A stretch of DNA of 32,000 nt from Paramicrosporidium saccamoebae KSL3 (Eukaryota; Fungi; Cryptomycota), in the NCBI GenBank assembly GCA_002794465.1, contig MTSL01000065.1, positions 50,450-82,449 of the forward strand, read 5' to 3'. Positions 10,074 through 18,928 of the stretch are shown here, one piece after another. The position numbers were made by a program, and so were the translations under genes. Under the pieces are notes generated by a model that worked only from the letters and a program-made list of their open reading frames with translations, searched no databases and had not been told where the DNA came from. Every line of letters starts with the position of its first letter. Position 1 is the first letter of the stretch.

Positions 10074-10796
10074 TTATAGAGGAGCCGCCAGTGCTTTCCC
10101 TTGATATGAAAGATCGTCCGTGTTGATCATAATCTGGTCACCGACTTCCAGGACGCCGGTGCATAGAATCTTGCCTCCGCCCTGAATAATAACCACTGTC
10201 GTCTGTTTTCCCGACACTACAACAATTAACTAACGAGACAAAAATACAATCTCTCCGCTCTAAAATCTCGGCCACAGTGCAGCGATGGAGTCTGCTGGAG
10301 GAATGCACAAATATGGGCATGTCGCCCTTCATGCGAATCTTTACCTCGGCGCCTCCTTCAATCACCTTTGCGAGATTACCTCCAAGGAGTCTCTGCGGCA
10401 CAGCAATTTCCTCCAGCGTCTTGGGATTTAGGTAGTAGCCAGTCCCATCGACAGAATACAAGAACTGATGCCCAACATCCTGTAACTCCAATTCTATAAT
10501 CAACTTTCAAGCACACGGCCTACTTTCAAGAAAGTCCCTGGCGGTGGGCTTTAGAGAGGAGAGACTCTCTCCGACCGGCTCTTTCAGAGTCAGCTACACT
10601 AAGAGTCCAATGCAGACGAACATACAGAAAACTGACGGGCACCGCGGCCCGAGAATGTAGAAGATGCCAGGTGAATGACATATACTCGTCCATCGTGCTC
10701 AATCCAATCGCCTTTGCGCAGGTCCGCCACTGAAACCTTTAATCCCCGCTGTAATAAAGATCTCGGCAGCAGTCTTTGTGTCAAAAGGCGAATCAT
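10074..10796 (-). CDS. efp: Bacterial-type elongation factor P with putative mitochondrial targeting peptide; 4 exons (10796-10626, 10593-10524, 10493-10248, 10216-10074), 209 aa
   Basis: KOW-like V.DLRKGD.IEHDG followed by the loop SGRG; OB-fold QFLYS.DG..Y.L.P.TLEEI; C-terminal G.I.C...LEVGDQI.INTDD.SY..KA. Introns of 32, 30 and 31 nt give one continuous 630-nt frame. Confidence 0.85.
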
Positions 10797-10906
10797 GAGG
10801 AGACCACACTGTCAAAGATGTATCGGACCTAAGCGAGGATATATCTGGCCGGGGTTCGAAACTGCGGATTTGCCTTAAGACTCTTTATTGGGAGTGTTGG
10901 TCCCTC

Positions 10907-11107
10907 ATGGAAAGCGACCAACAGATGGCCATTGAGAAGACGGGATGCAGCGAGCTGAATGATGTGTTGTTGTTGTGCTATGACAAGACGCGTGATTGGC
11001 GCAAGTGTCGTGCCGAGTTGCAGGCCTTTCGAGAGTGCTACGAACACAATAAGGACCCCATCTCCGCAAACCTCGAAAAGAAACCAATAAATATGGACGA
11101 GTCGTAA
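10907..11107 (+). CDS. COA4: Cytochrome c oxidase assembly factor 4 (twin CX9C), 66 aa
   Basis: IEKTGC-x9-C..KTRDWRKC-x9-C matches the COA4/CMC3 pattern. Confidence 0.85.
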   Translation: MESDQQMAIEKTGCSELNDVLLLCYDKTRDWRKCRAELQAFRECYEHNKDPISANLEKKPINMDES

Positions 11108-11123
11108 CTTTGGCGGGATTTCA

Positions 11124-12515
11124 ATGTTCCTGGATATTGGTAATGAGACATTCAGGACCAGAAAGGAAGAAGACAGCTTGCTAGACAGTCTGTACTCGGA
11201 TCGTGTGCCAGTTACACTTTGTCCGCGGAATACGCCAACAATGGCGGCCGAATTCGCCAACACGAACGGACATCATTTGTTGCTTGGAAACGAAGCAGGC
11301 GACGTGGCATTGGTGGATTGTCGCCGCCAAAGCGACGATATAGCGATGAGTACGGCGCTGCAGGCCTATCCCGATGCCATCTTTGATGTGACTTGGCGTA
11401 CCGATGACCACAGCTACGCATTGGCGGTGGGTGACCAACACGTCTATGTCCACGACTCCAAAAGTCAGGCCGTTCAGCAATGTCTGGGACACCACGGCTC
11501 GAGCGTCCGGATGGTGCGATACCGTCCAGGCCATCCGGACATCCTTGTCACAGCAGGACGCGATGGCTGCATGGCTTTATGGGATTTGCGCACCGCAGAC
11601 ACCAATAGCACACGAAACAAGCCAATCAGTCTAATCGAAGATGCACACAGTCTGCGGGGTAATGGGAGGACAGACCGGAATGGGTCATCAGTAACTGCAT
11701 TCCGATTCATGCCGCTGGAAGACCATTTGCTGTGTTCCATTGGTCAGCCAGATTATGCAATCCGGTTTTGGGATGTCCGCTATACCCGTCGGAGGGGACA
11801 GACGGCCCAATCTGTAGCAGAAATCTCTCCATCCATTACCGGACGACGGCCAAGGGCATTTACGTCGCTATGCACTGATTCACAAGGAAGTCATTTGTAT
11901 GCCGTCTCCTCAGACAACCACATTTATAAATACCTAACCAGCAATTATTCCCTACTCGAGACTCTGGAAGCACCCGGTTTCCGCACCAGCGGCTCATTTT
12001 ACATCCGTTCAGCCATGGCTCCCGACGACCAGTTTCTACTCTGTGGTTCCACTGAAGGCACGGCATACATTTGGCCCACTTCGGTCCGTCGTCAACGAGT
12101 TTTTAAGCTGCATGAACACCGATTTGAAGTGTCCTGTGTGGCATGGTCCAAGGTGGGCGTGGTTTTTGTGGGCGGGGAAGACTATGTCTCGAGGATTTGG
12201 AGAACGGATGGACGGACATCCAATATTGACACTGCGCGACACGTCAAATTGGAGCCCATAGAGGTGAAGAGGTTGGAAGCAGTGAAAACAGTTCGATCCC
12301 AATGGAAATTGGACACGCCCTCCCCGCTCCATCAATTGGGGGATTGGCCGCTTCGGTCGGTTCCGCCGGTTGTCGCTCGAGTTCCATTTGCCAATCTCAT
12401 CAACAGCAGCGTTCCGTCAACGCCGAAACGGAAACGCCAGGCTCTGCTTGACACCTTTTTCACGCCCAACAAACAGGCCAGACTGGGTTTAGGAAGCTTT
12501 TATACTAATCTATAA
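11124..12515 (+). CDS. CDT2: CDT2/DTL WD40 substrate receptor of CRL4, 463 aa
   Basis: WD40 repeats with GH.SSVR, TAGRDG...LWDLR, SFYIRSAMAPDDQFLLCGS; C-terminal PIP-like QALLDTFF. Confidence 0.88.
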   Translation: MFLDIGNETFRTRKEEDSLLDSLYSDRVPVTLCPRNTPTMAAEFANTNGHHLLLGNEAGDVALVDCRRQSDDIAMSTALQAYPDAIFDVTWRTDDHSYALAVGDQHVYVHDSKSQAVQQCLGHHGSSVRMVRYRPGHPDILVTAGRDGCMALWDLRTADTNSTRNKPISLIEDAHSLRGNGRTDRNGSSVTAFRFMPLEDHLLCSIGQPDYAIRFWDVRYTRRRGQTAQSVAEISPSITGRRPRAFTSLCTDSQGSHLYAVSSDNHIYKYLTSNYSLLETLEAPGFRTSGSFYIRSAMAPDDQFLLCGSTEGTAYIWPTSVRRQRVFKLHEHRFEVSCVAWSKVGVVFVGGEDYVSRIWRTDGRTSNIDTARHVKLEPIEVKRLEAVKTVRSQWKLDTPSPLHQLGDWPLRSVPPVVARVPFANLINSSVPSTPKRKRQALLDTFFTPNKQARLGLGSFYTNL

Positions 12516-12551
12516 ATATATATATGCAAGCAAGCAAGCAAAATTTTGTCG

Positions 12552-14123
12552 TCACCAAATCTCCAGCAAGGCAGACTGGGCCAACAGGAAGGAATCATCG
12601 TCGCGGTTCATGTCGTACTCTTCCATCTCAATGGTCGCTGGACATGGCATGTGCTGTCCCATCGGAATCATATACTGCGCCTTTGTAGTTGCATCTAATG
12701 TATATAAAAAGTTTCGATAGGTGCAGTTTCCCACCAGTCGGATAATCTCGGCCTGGGCCTCGTCAAACATCCCCGCCCACAGTCTTTCCGCGCCCACAGC
12801 GCTATTGATCCTCTGGACTACGGCAAAACTCAAATTCATCTCGCACGGGGAGCCTGGTTCAATATATTGTTCGTAGATTCGTTGCGATTCCATGTAGAGT
12901 CGACTTGGAGATTCAGAGACGATCCGACGGAACAGTTGCACTTCGCGATGGAAAAGCACAGAATCCCACACAAAGGCACTCTTGCTGTAGGCTTCAAAGG
13001 GTACTGCAAGCCCAGGATTGTCAAGCACTTGCTCCAGGGGGATCGGTCGATGCGGAATGACAATCGGATGGGAAAAGGAGGGCGAATTAATGACTAAATC
13101 GTGGGGTGAGCGTTGCCTCCTCCGCTTCTCCTCATCATCCGGTTCGAGTTCCTCTGGCACCCAAAAATACGTCCTGACCAGCGGGGCCGTAACAGTAGAC
13201 GAGTGCAGCGAGGCCATTGAAAATAGTAGAAACAGGAATGAAGGCACCTCCAGCCGGAGACTTTGCAGGAAATCGTACCTTCGGAAACAAGTGTACAGCA
13301 GATAGCTGGGCAGACCATAGCTCATGCCCACTTTCAAATCCCTCCTCAGGCCATAGGCGTCCTTCACGTCTCGTAAATAATACAGCATCACTGGACACCA
13401 CAGGACCACATACAGAGCAACCGCCATTACCACCCCAAACGTCTCCAGACAAAATGTGCACCGCGAATGCTCCGGGAACCGATCCAACCGATTAACACAG
13501 CTCAACACTGTGCCTGCCATAAAATGGACCGTCGATATCGTTGCCATCATTATATACACTCCGCGCGTCTTTAGCCACACATGTAGCCTCGGATTCTTCA
13601 GGTACATCCTGCATCGAGTAGCCAGACTCGGTGGCGGGGAATTATCACTTCGGAAGCTGCCATGGCGACTAATGGCAGGGTGCCCAATGGACCTTGTCCA
13701 CATTACCTCGAACAAAATGTGCATGCCCCTCGCCTGCAGCGACGAAACGAGACATAGCGGGAAGAAGACGTAATTTCGCCAGATAACAACCCACGCCGGC
13801 AGGGTTGTCTGGTAATAATACCTCCAAATATGCATGCTGCCCATCAGCCACTGCATTAGCGAGCTGACCAGAGTCACTGCTACCGGATACTTTCTGAATA
13901 TATAGTGGCCACGCCGGAGGTACAGCAACACACAGGTCAAGAGCAGATACAGGGAGAAAAAGGCGTATATCCCCACGGCCACCGGCAGGGAGTAGTGTGC
14001 GAGCCAGAGAAGGCGGTGCGGGCCGCGGAGATGGAGCCACCAGGGAGTTGGGAGAGACAGTTTAGAGACACCGCTTGTTTGAGGGGGCGGACCGGGCTTG
14101 CTGGCGAGACGAAACCAGCCCAA
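12552..14123 (-). CDS. Seven-TM protein with C-terminal RGS domain (GprK/AtRGS1-like architecture); true start uncertain
   Basis: About seven hydrophobic segments, DAYGLRRDL, then RGS motifs F..Y.K..F.WDSVLF..EV, IYEQYI.PGSPCEMNLS and FDEAQAEI. The tracked start is a TTG. Confidence 0.8.
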   Translation of the reverse strand: MGWFRLASKPGPPPQTSGVSKLSLPTPWWLHLRGPHRLLWLAHYSLPVAVGIYAFFSLYLLLTCVLLYLRRGHYIFRKYPVAVTLVSSLMQWLMGSMHIWRYYYQTTLPAWVVIWRNYVFFPLCLVSSLQARGMHILFEVMWTRSIGHPAISRHGSFRSDNSPPPSLATRCRMYLKNPRLHVWLKTRGVYIMMATISTVHFMAGTVLSCVNRLDRFPEHSRCTFCLETFGVVMAVALYVVLWCPVMLYYLRDVKDAYGLRRDLKVGMSYGLPSYLLYTCFRRYDFLQSLRLEVPSFLFLLFSMASLHSSTVTAPLVRTYFWVPEELEPDDEEKRRRQRSPHDLVINSPSFSHPIVIPHRPIPLEQVLDNPGLAVPFEAYSKSAFVWDSVLFHREVQLFRRIVSESPSRLYMESQRIYEQYIEPGSPCEMNLSFAVVQRINSAVGAERLWAGMFDEAQAEIIRLVGNCTYRNFLYTLDATTKAQYMIPMGQHMPCPATIEMEEYDMNRDDDSFLLAQSALLEIW

Positions 14124-14269
14124 TTATTGATTTATGCTGATATTTGTTCTTTTAGGAAGGTGGCTCATGCGACCAGCTTATCGCTTATTCAGGCTAATGA
14201 TAAACCCATTTTGGTAGAGGCGCAATGTCTATTTATTACCACCAAATCTATCCACGTTATATATAAATA

Positions 14270-14765
14270 TTAGGTTGCCTTTCGGCCAACCTTTGCGGCC
14301 CTCAGCTGCTCCACTTCCATCTCCAGCTGCTTGGTTCTTTCCTTTAATGCACGAATGTGTTCCACCGACGCCCGGAGAATTTCCATTTTGCTTAGGCGCA
14401 AGTTGCGTCCCGTCGGTAGTCGATCCTGCAGGGCGGAGAAACCTTGTCGAATGTAAAGTCGTCGTTTGCGTTCGCAAGTGTTGTGGAGGTCCCTCCGACT
14501 TGTGTCCTCCGAATCTAAAAGAGTCACAAACTGCAATCTAGCGCTTACCCGAGTCACTAATATTAGAGGCGGTGGAGACAGTGCTGGAGGCGCGTCGACG
14601 TGAGGGTCCAGCCCCCACGAGCGGACGCTGGCTAGACGCAACCGCAGCAAAAATATCAAGGTCTATTGGCCCAGATTCAGAACAGGTCGTGTCTATAGAG
14701 GTGCTTCGGCTTGGAATCCCGGTGGGAACCAACGGAGACTCGGACGTCAAGAACTCTCGGTCCAT
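14270..14765 (-). CDS. Myc/Max/Mad-type bHLH-leucine zipper transcription factor; 2 exons (14765-14549, 14514-14270), 153 aa
   Basis: HNTCERKRR..IRQGF.AL...LP...LSKMEILRAS.EHI followed by a zipper. The 34-nt intron 14515-14548 joins DS-DSED in frame. Confidence 0.8.
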
Positions 14766-14855
14766 CTCTAAAATGCCGGGGAGTGGGATATGGTGAACAA
14801 TGGATTATTATTGGTCAACAGGTTAGACAACAGCATGGGTCCTTGACTCGTGACT

Positions 14856-16346
14856 TTACATATTACTCATCTCAATGATAGTCTGATTAGATTCGCTTCG
14901 AGCGTGGCCCACTGGCGAGGAGTCCCTGCTTGTATGAAGACTTCCTCCCATCGAACGAAGTTTGTGGGAAGAGCGGGTGGCTGTGGTGAGAGAATTCCGA
15001 CGAGTCTCACGATGCGAAGCTTCGGGCGGTTTCAGTCCGGTTGGGCTGGGTTGTGGGGCGAATGACCAAAAGTATGTTTCCGAATCAAATGAATCGGTGC
15101 TGTTGTTATTCAAGGGATCCAACATCCACGAGGGATCCGAAGTTGGCACGGCCATAAACATGTGCTGCATTGCAGCTCCAAATGCCCGCCGTTGCTTCCT
15201 CTCCACCCCGGTGCCGTCTGCCCTTTTCCTAGTCTTGTAGATGTTGTAGAGGCATATTCCAATGACGGAGATAACAGCACCGACAATGTTAATTGCCCTG
15301 ATCTTGTCTCCAAAGACAATGACAGAGAGGGTGATGATGAGAATTTCCTTGGCAATCCCCGCAATCGACATTGTCAGCACTGAAGTCTCCTCCACCACCT
15401 TGTACTCCAGCAGTACCAAAGCAAAACTCTGCAATCCCCCAACGAAACATACCCCAAAGCTCACAAGCGCGGAGCGCCAACTGGAAAAGAACGGTGAATT
15501 TAATATTGTGGTTGGTCCCTCGAAGATCATGGACAGTACAAAGAGACTAATTGAAATGAACGGGGCCAGGAAAATCATGGTCCTCAAAGGACCAGAACCA
15601 GCAAGCACGTTTCCTTCGTCCATATCCTCAGTGGTGCTATTCTCAATAATGAGCTGAGTCAGAGTCCAGCGCAAACCCGACACAATGGTCGCGCCAAAGA
15701 CCAAGATGAATCCGAAAAGATTAAAATTGAACGAATTCCACACTGTGAGAACAATCCCCACTCCGATCAGCGACATGACCCCAAATAGTGGGGCCGAGGG
15801 CTTCTCCAAACCAAATAAAAAGGCAAACAGCAATACTGACACGAGTCCACAAGATTTCACCATGGTATACAACGACAAGGATATGTATCTTAAACTAGAG
15901 TTGGACATGGCAATGTTGAGACCCGCCGCCACTGCACACGGAATCAGAAACCGAAACAATAATCGTCTGGAGATCATTCTGAATGAGCCCAAAACACCGG
16001 GTCCCGTCCGCCATTCCATTACCCCGATAATCACACAGGCGAGTGCGAGTTGCGTGCAATCGTAAATGGTGGCTGCAAAGAGGGGCAGGCCAAGGTTGTA
16101 GCGTTTCTTGCTGAAAAGATATGTGTTGTACAAGTTGATGGCAATGGAAAAGACGAAAGAGAGTCCGATAATAGATACCTTACGAAGGGCCGAGCTTGAT
16201 TTATGGGCAGTCTTGGTGGTGACATCTTCTTCAGAATCTCCCAGGTCTTCTAGAATCGGAATCGGAATGGGAATGGGAATGGGGTCTGTGCACTTGGCGC
16301 TGGGGCTAAGCAAATCATCATTATCTTCTGGGACTTTGGACACCAT
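14856..16346 (-). CDS. Nucleotide-sugar / triose-phosphate transporter family member (SLC35C2/YMD8-like)
   Basis: NIAMSNSSLRYISLSLYTMVKS, FAFLFGLEKPS, SGLRWTLTQ, TSVLTMSIAGIAKE. First ATG at 16346. Confidence 0.9.
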   Translation of the reverse strand: MVSKVPEDNDDLLSPSAKCTDPIPIPIPIPILEDLGDSEEDVTTKTAHKSSSALRKVSIIGLSFVFSIAINLYNTYLFSKKRYNLGLPLFAATIYDCTQLALACVIIGVMEWRTGPGVLGSFRMISRRLLFRFLIPCAVAAGLNIAMSNSSLRYISLSLYTMVKSCGLVSVLLFAFLFGLEKPSAPLFGVMSLIGVGIVLTVWNSFNFNLFGFILVFGATIVSGLRWTLTQLIIENSTTEDMDEGNVLAGSGPLRTMIFLAPFISISLFVLSMIFEGPTTILNSPFFSSWRSALVSFGVCFVGGLQSFALVLLEYKVVEETSVLTMSIAGIAKEILIITLSVIVFGDKIRAINIVGAVISVIGICLYNIYKTRKRADGTGVERKQRRAFGAAMQHMFMAVPTSDPSWMLDPLNNNSTDSFDSETYFWSFAPQPSPTGLKPPEASHRETRRNSLTTATRSSHKLRSMGGSLHTSRDSSPVGHARSESNQTIIEMSNM

Positions 16347-16405
16347 CTGGAACCGATTACCCCAACTGGACGAGTCTCCTTTATACAGAGTCCCAAACTG
16401 GACTC

Positions 16406-17200
16406 TTAAAAACACTCGACTCTATTTCCTAATTGAGAGTGTAAATTATGCCTCAATTGTTCTAGATTGTCTCGCCATGTCAGAAAGGCCAGGCCCTGAA
16501 GTAGCGAATCGGCCATATCATCCTTCTTCCGTTCCAATGCGTACTTGCTAGCAAGCTCCGAGGGGATGTCAATAGGTGCAGCGGCAAGGTCGTTGCAAAA
16601 GTCATCAACAAGCTTTGTGGCATGCTTCTTCTTGTTCCTGGATTCTAAGCCAAATATGCTGGCCACTGAGCGGGCATTTATGGGAAAGACATTGTGTTCC
16701 AACAAAAAACAGTGGAGTTGAACTTCAATTCTGTTAATGTTCAAAATATTGCCCGGAATCATACGAAATCCACCTCCTCTAAACGTCTGCCTCTCAATAA
16801 GAAAGATGGAGGCTTGATCAGATGTATCTGCCACTAGCGATGCGGCAAACTCCCTTAGGCACAATGCACTGTTCCGCGGATGATACGTTGCCGGAAGGTC
16901 GAGGCAAGTCTTTTCCCACTTGCGCAATATTGGTCGTATCCCATCCTTTTCCACCTCGATGACTGCTTTAGCAAAGTTCAGTATTCCAATATCAAGGGAC
17001 ACTAGTGTGAAAGGTGCTGGGAGGGCGGGCTGTAGCACTGCTGTGGAAAGACGCGCAATTTGTTCAGCCTTGGTACCAGTGACACTTAGGCCGCATTCAT
17101 GACAATATTTTGAAATATCCACCAGTTTCCAGGATGAAATTAGTTGGGCACATTTCTGAATGAGGTCCTTTCTAGCGATGACCGCCGGAACGGCGGACAT
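16406..17200 (-). CDS. Mitochondrial Holliday junction resolvase Cce1/Ydc2 (SAP domain plus RuvC-like catalytic domain)
   Basis: SAP-like C..CGLSVTGTKAEQIARL; catalytic SLDIG..NFA, LIERQ and KKDDMADSLLQG. Confidence 0.88.
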   Translation of the reverse strand: MSAVPAVIARKDLIQKCAQLISSWKLVDISKYCHECGLSVTGTKAEQIARLSTAVLQPALPAPFTLVSLDIGILNFAKAVIEVEKDGIRPILRKWEKTCLDLPATYHPRNSALCLREFAASLVADTSDQASIFLIERQTFRGGGFRMIPGNILNINRIEVQLHCFLLEHNVFPINARSVASIFGLESRNKKKHATKLVDDFCNDLAAAPIDIPSELASKYALERKKDDMADSLLQGLAFLTWRDNLEQLRHNLHSQLGNRVECF

Positions 17201-17298
17201 GGATCTAACAAACAATCAATTAACCAGTATTTGAGCGCGCAATGTGTGTGCTAGGGGGTGTATATGCATACGGATCAAAAGGCGCCAATAAAGGGTAC

Positions 17299-17436
17299 TG
17301 TTAGACAGCATCCGTCTATGATTAGTGCTCCTAACCCAAATAGTGACCGTATAATCCATTATAGCCATATTGAGGATTCAGTCTATAAAGGTCCCGCATA
17401 CTTTAATAAAAGTTGCTCGTGTGAAATTGCATAACT
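17299..17436 (+). repeat. Family B LTR-like element
   Basis: TGTTAGACAGCATCCGTCTATGAT...CATATTGAGG...CTATAAAGG...AATAAAA...ATAACT, matching the copy at 7550. Confidence 0.55.
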
Positions 17437-17446
17437 ACGGGCCAGG

Positions 17447-17661
17447 TGCGACGTAGATGATTGATTAGTTGGATATCCGAGGATGATTCTCTAGCTTGGA
17501 GAAGGCATATTTGTGTGATAAAGTGGACTGATTAGTTGGGTATTTAAGGACTATTACGTTATTTGTGAGACTATAAGTGGGTCGTTGGATTGACTGATTA
17601 CATTCTCTTCTCACCTCTTCCCACCTGACAAAGTCCATAGTTCTATCCCCACTACGCGACA
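17447..17661. mobile_element. Family A solo-LTR-like element, copy 3 (215 bp)
   Basis: Starts TGCGACGTAG and ends TATCCCCACTACGCGACA; flanks CAGG and GAGG (3/4 TSD-like match). Confidence 0.62.
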
Positions 17662-17742
17662 GAGGGGTTCAAATAAAGGGATCACATTAACTGACCTCAC
17701 AGCTCGTTCATCAATGGACACTTGCTATAAGACTCACAATTT

Positions 17743-17832
17743 CCAAACCTCACTAGTGCCAAACTCCCCAAGTGCCAAACTCCACTAGTGCCAAGCCCCA
17801 CAAGTGCCAAACCCCACAAGTACCAAACTTCA
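17743..17832. repeat. 16-bp tandem repeat, about 5.6 copies, consensus CCAAACCCCACAAGTG
   Basis: Units start at 17743, 17759, 17775, 17791, 17807 and 17823. Confidence 0.9.
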
Positions 17833-17846
17833 TATGCAGCGTTTTA

Positions 17847-18553
17847 TTACTTGGTCACAATTTCTAGTTGATCTTCAGAAATCTCTGGCCATTCTTCAGG
17901 AATAAAGTCGAGTAGATCATCGACAAAATCGCCCTGGATGACAATTTCGTCGTAGCCTGCGGGATTGCGTGCCACTGAGCATCCACACGCATACTTGGAC
18001 GCACACCTCTTGGCAATCTTTTTCAAATCCAATCCTAAAGGTCTATAGAATCATTTGTAATGATACCAAAGGCCTCCATGCCCCGAATGTGAGTGACTGA
18101 CTTGCGCTTGTTCCTATCAACAACCTTGATAATCACTTTGGCTTTCTAGCCGCGTTAAATCCCTCAAATTCTGCTACCTTTTTCCGTTGTTCTTCCTTTT
18201 CCAGCTTTTTGCTCTCGTCCTTTGGAATGGCCTTTCCGCCACGAGACTGGTGCTTCTTCTCGCCTTCCTCGCCGGCCGCACCTCCTATGGAGGCTTCGGA
18301 TAGTTTGTCTGTCACGCCCTCAACCGCTTGCGCGGACACTTCAGACGGATAGAAAAGCCCAACCAGGTCTGGGTGGTGCTCAGCCAGCCATTTCTTGCAC
18401 TTTCCACCACTGTTTGTAAATCCGCAGTACTATATTAATGAGGCTTTAGGCCATATTTATGCAACCTCTAGAGGCAGTGTGCACACTAACATGAATGACA
18501 TGTTCAAAAGGGCTACCTCCGCAATATAGTATGGACCTCGGAACAACGGCCAT
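17847..18553 (-). CDS. TMA22: DENR/Tma22 translation re-initiation factor (SUI1 domain); 5 exons, 191 aa
   Basis: Spliced N-terminus MAVVPRSILYCGVCTLPLEYC, then RNKRKSVT and DLKKIAK...SKYACGCSV....DEIVIQGD. Introns at 18486-18516, 18430-18465, 18146-18177 and 18035-18066. Confidence 0.92.
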
Positions 18554-18928
18554 GTTTCCGAAAATCCCCGGACAATCCGTAATTGTCCTTGTTCAAACAT
18601 CAAAAATTTATCAAAACATACGTCATGTCCTTCAGGTTTCTTATGTGTGAATAAACTGTAATAATAGTTAAACTTACGCGCACAATGTGCACAAAGGGCA
18701 GATATCTGGTGGTTTTAGCCAGAATAGTGCTGCAGGGGCCTTCCAGAACATAACTGGTGCCCGTTGTGCGGAAGCTCTCTCCGCAGTGGAAGCCCCCACT
18801 TGTAAAAATCCAGATAGAATAACCAATATAGGAGGCCAAAACCGGGTTCAGAGTGAACCACTGCCCACGAGAACGTCAATAGAGGTAGTCACGCTGATTT
18901 TTTACTTGATTTGGCATAGTCATCCTGG

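Noticed and set aside
10845-10870. tRNA T-loop-like GGGGTTCGAAAC
   Set aside because: The flanks do not form a T-stem, and no D-arm or acceptor stem can be built.
12516-12545. TA and GCAA microsatellites
   Set aside because: Very short simple repeats in a 36-bp convergent gap; no further signal.
16255-16283. ATCGGA/ATGGGA hexamer run
   Set aside because: A simple coding microsatellite giving PIPIPIPI in the transporter N-terminal tail.
16406-17200. RuvC-fold ORF beside a repeat island as a possible transposon nuclease (TnpB/Fanzor-like)
   Set aside because: The SAP domain and the DIG, IERQ and KKDD.AD motifs identify the ordinary mitochondrial resolvase Cce1/Ydc2; there is no zinc finger, bridge helix or element ends.
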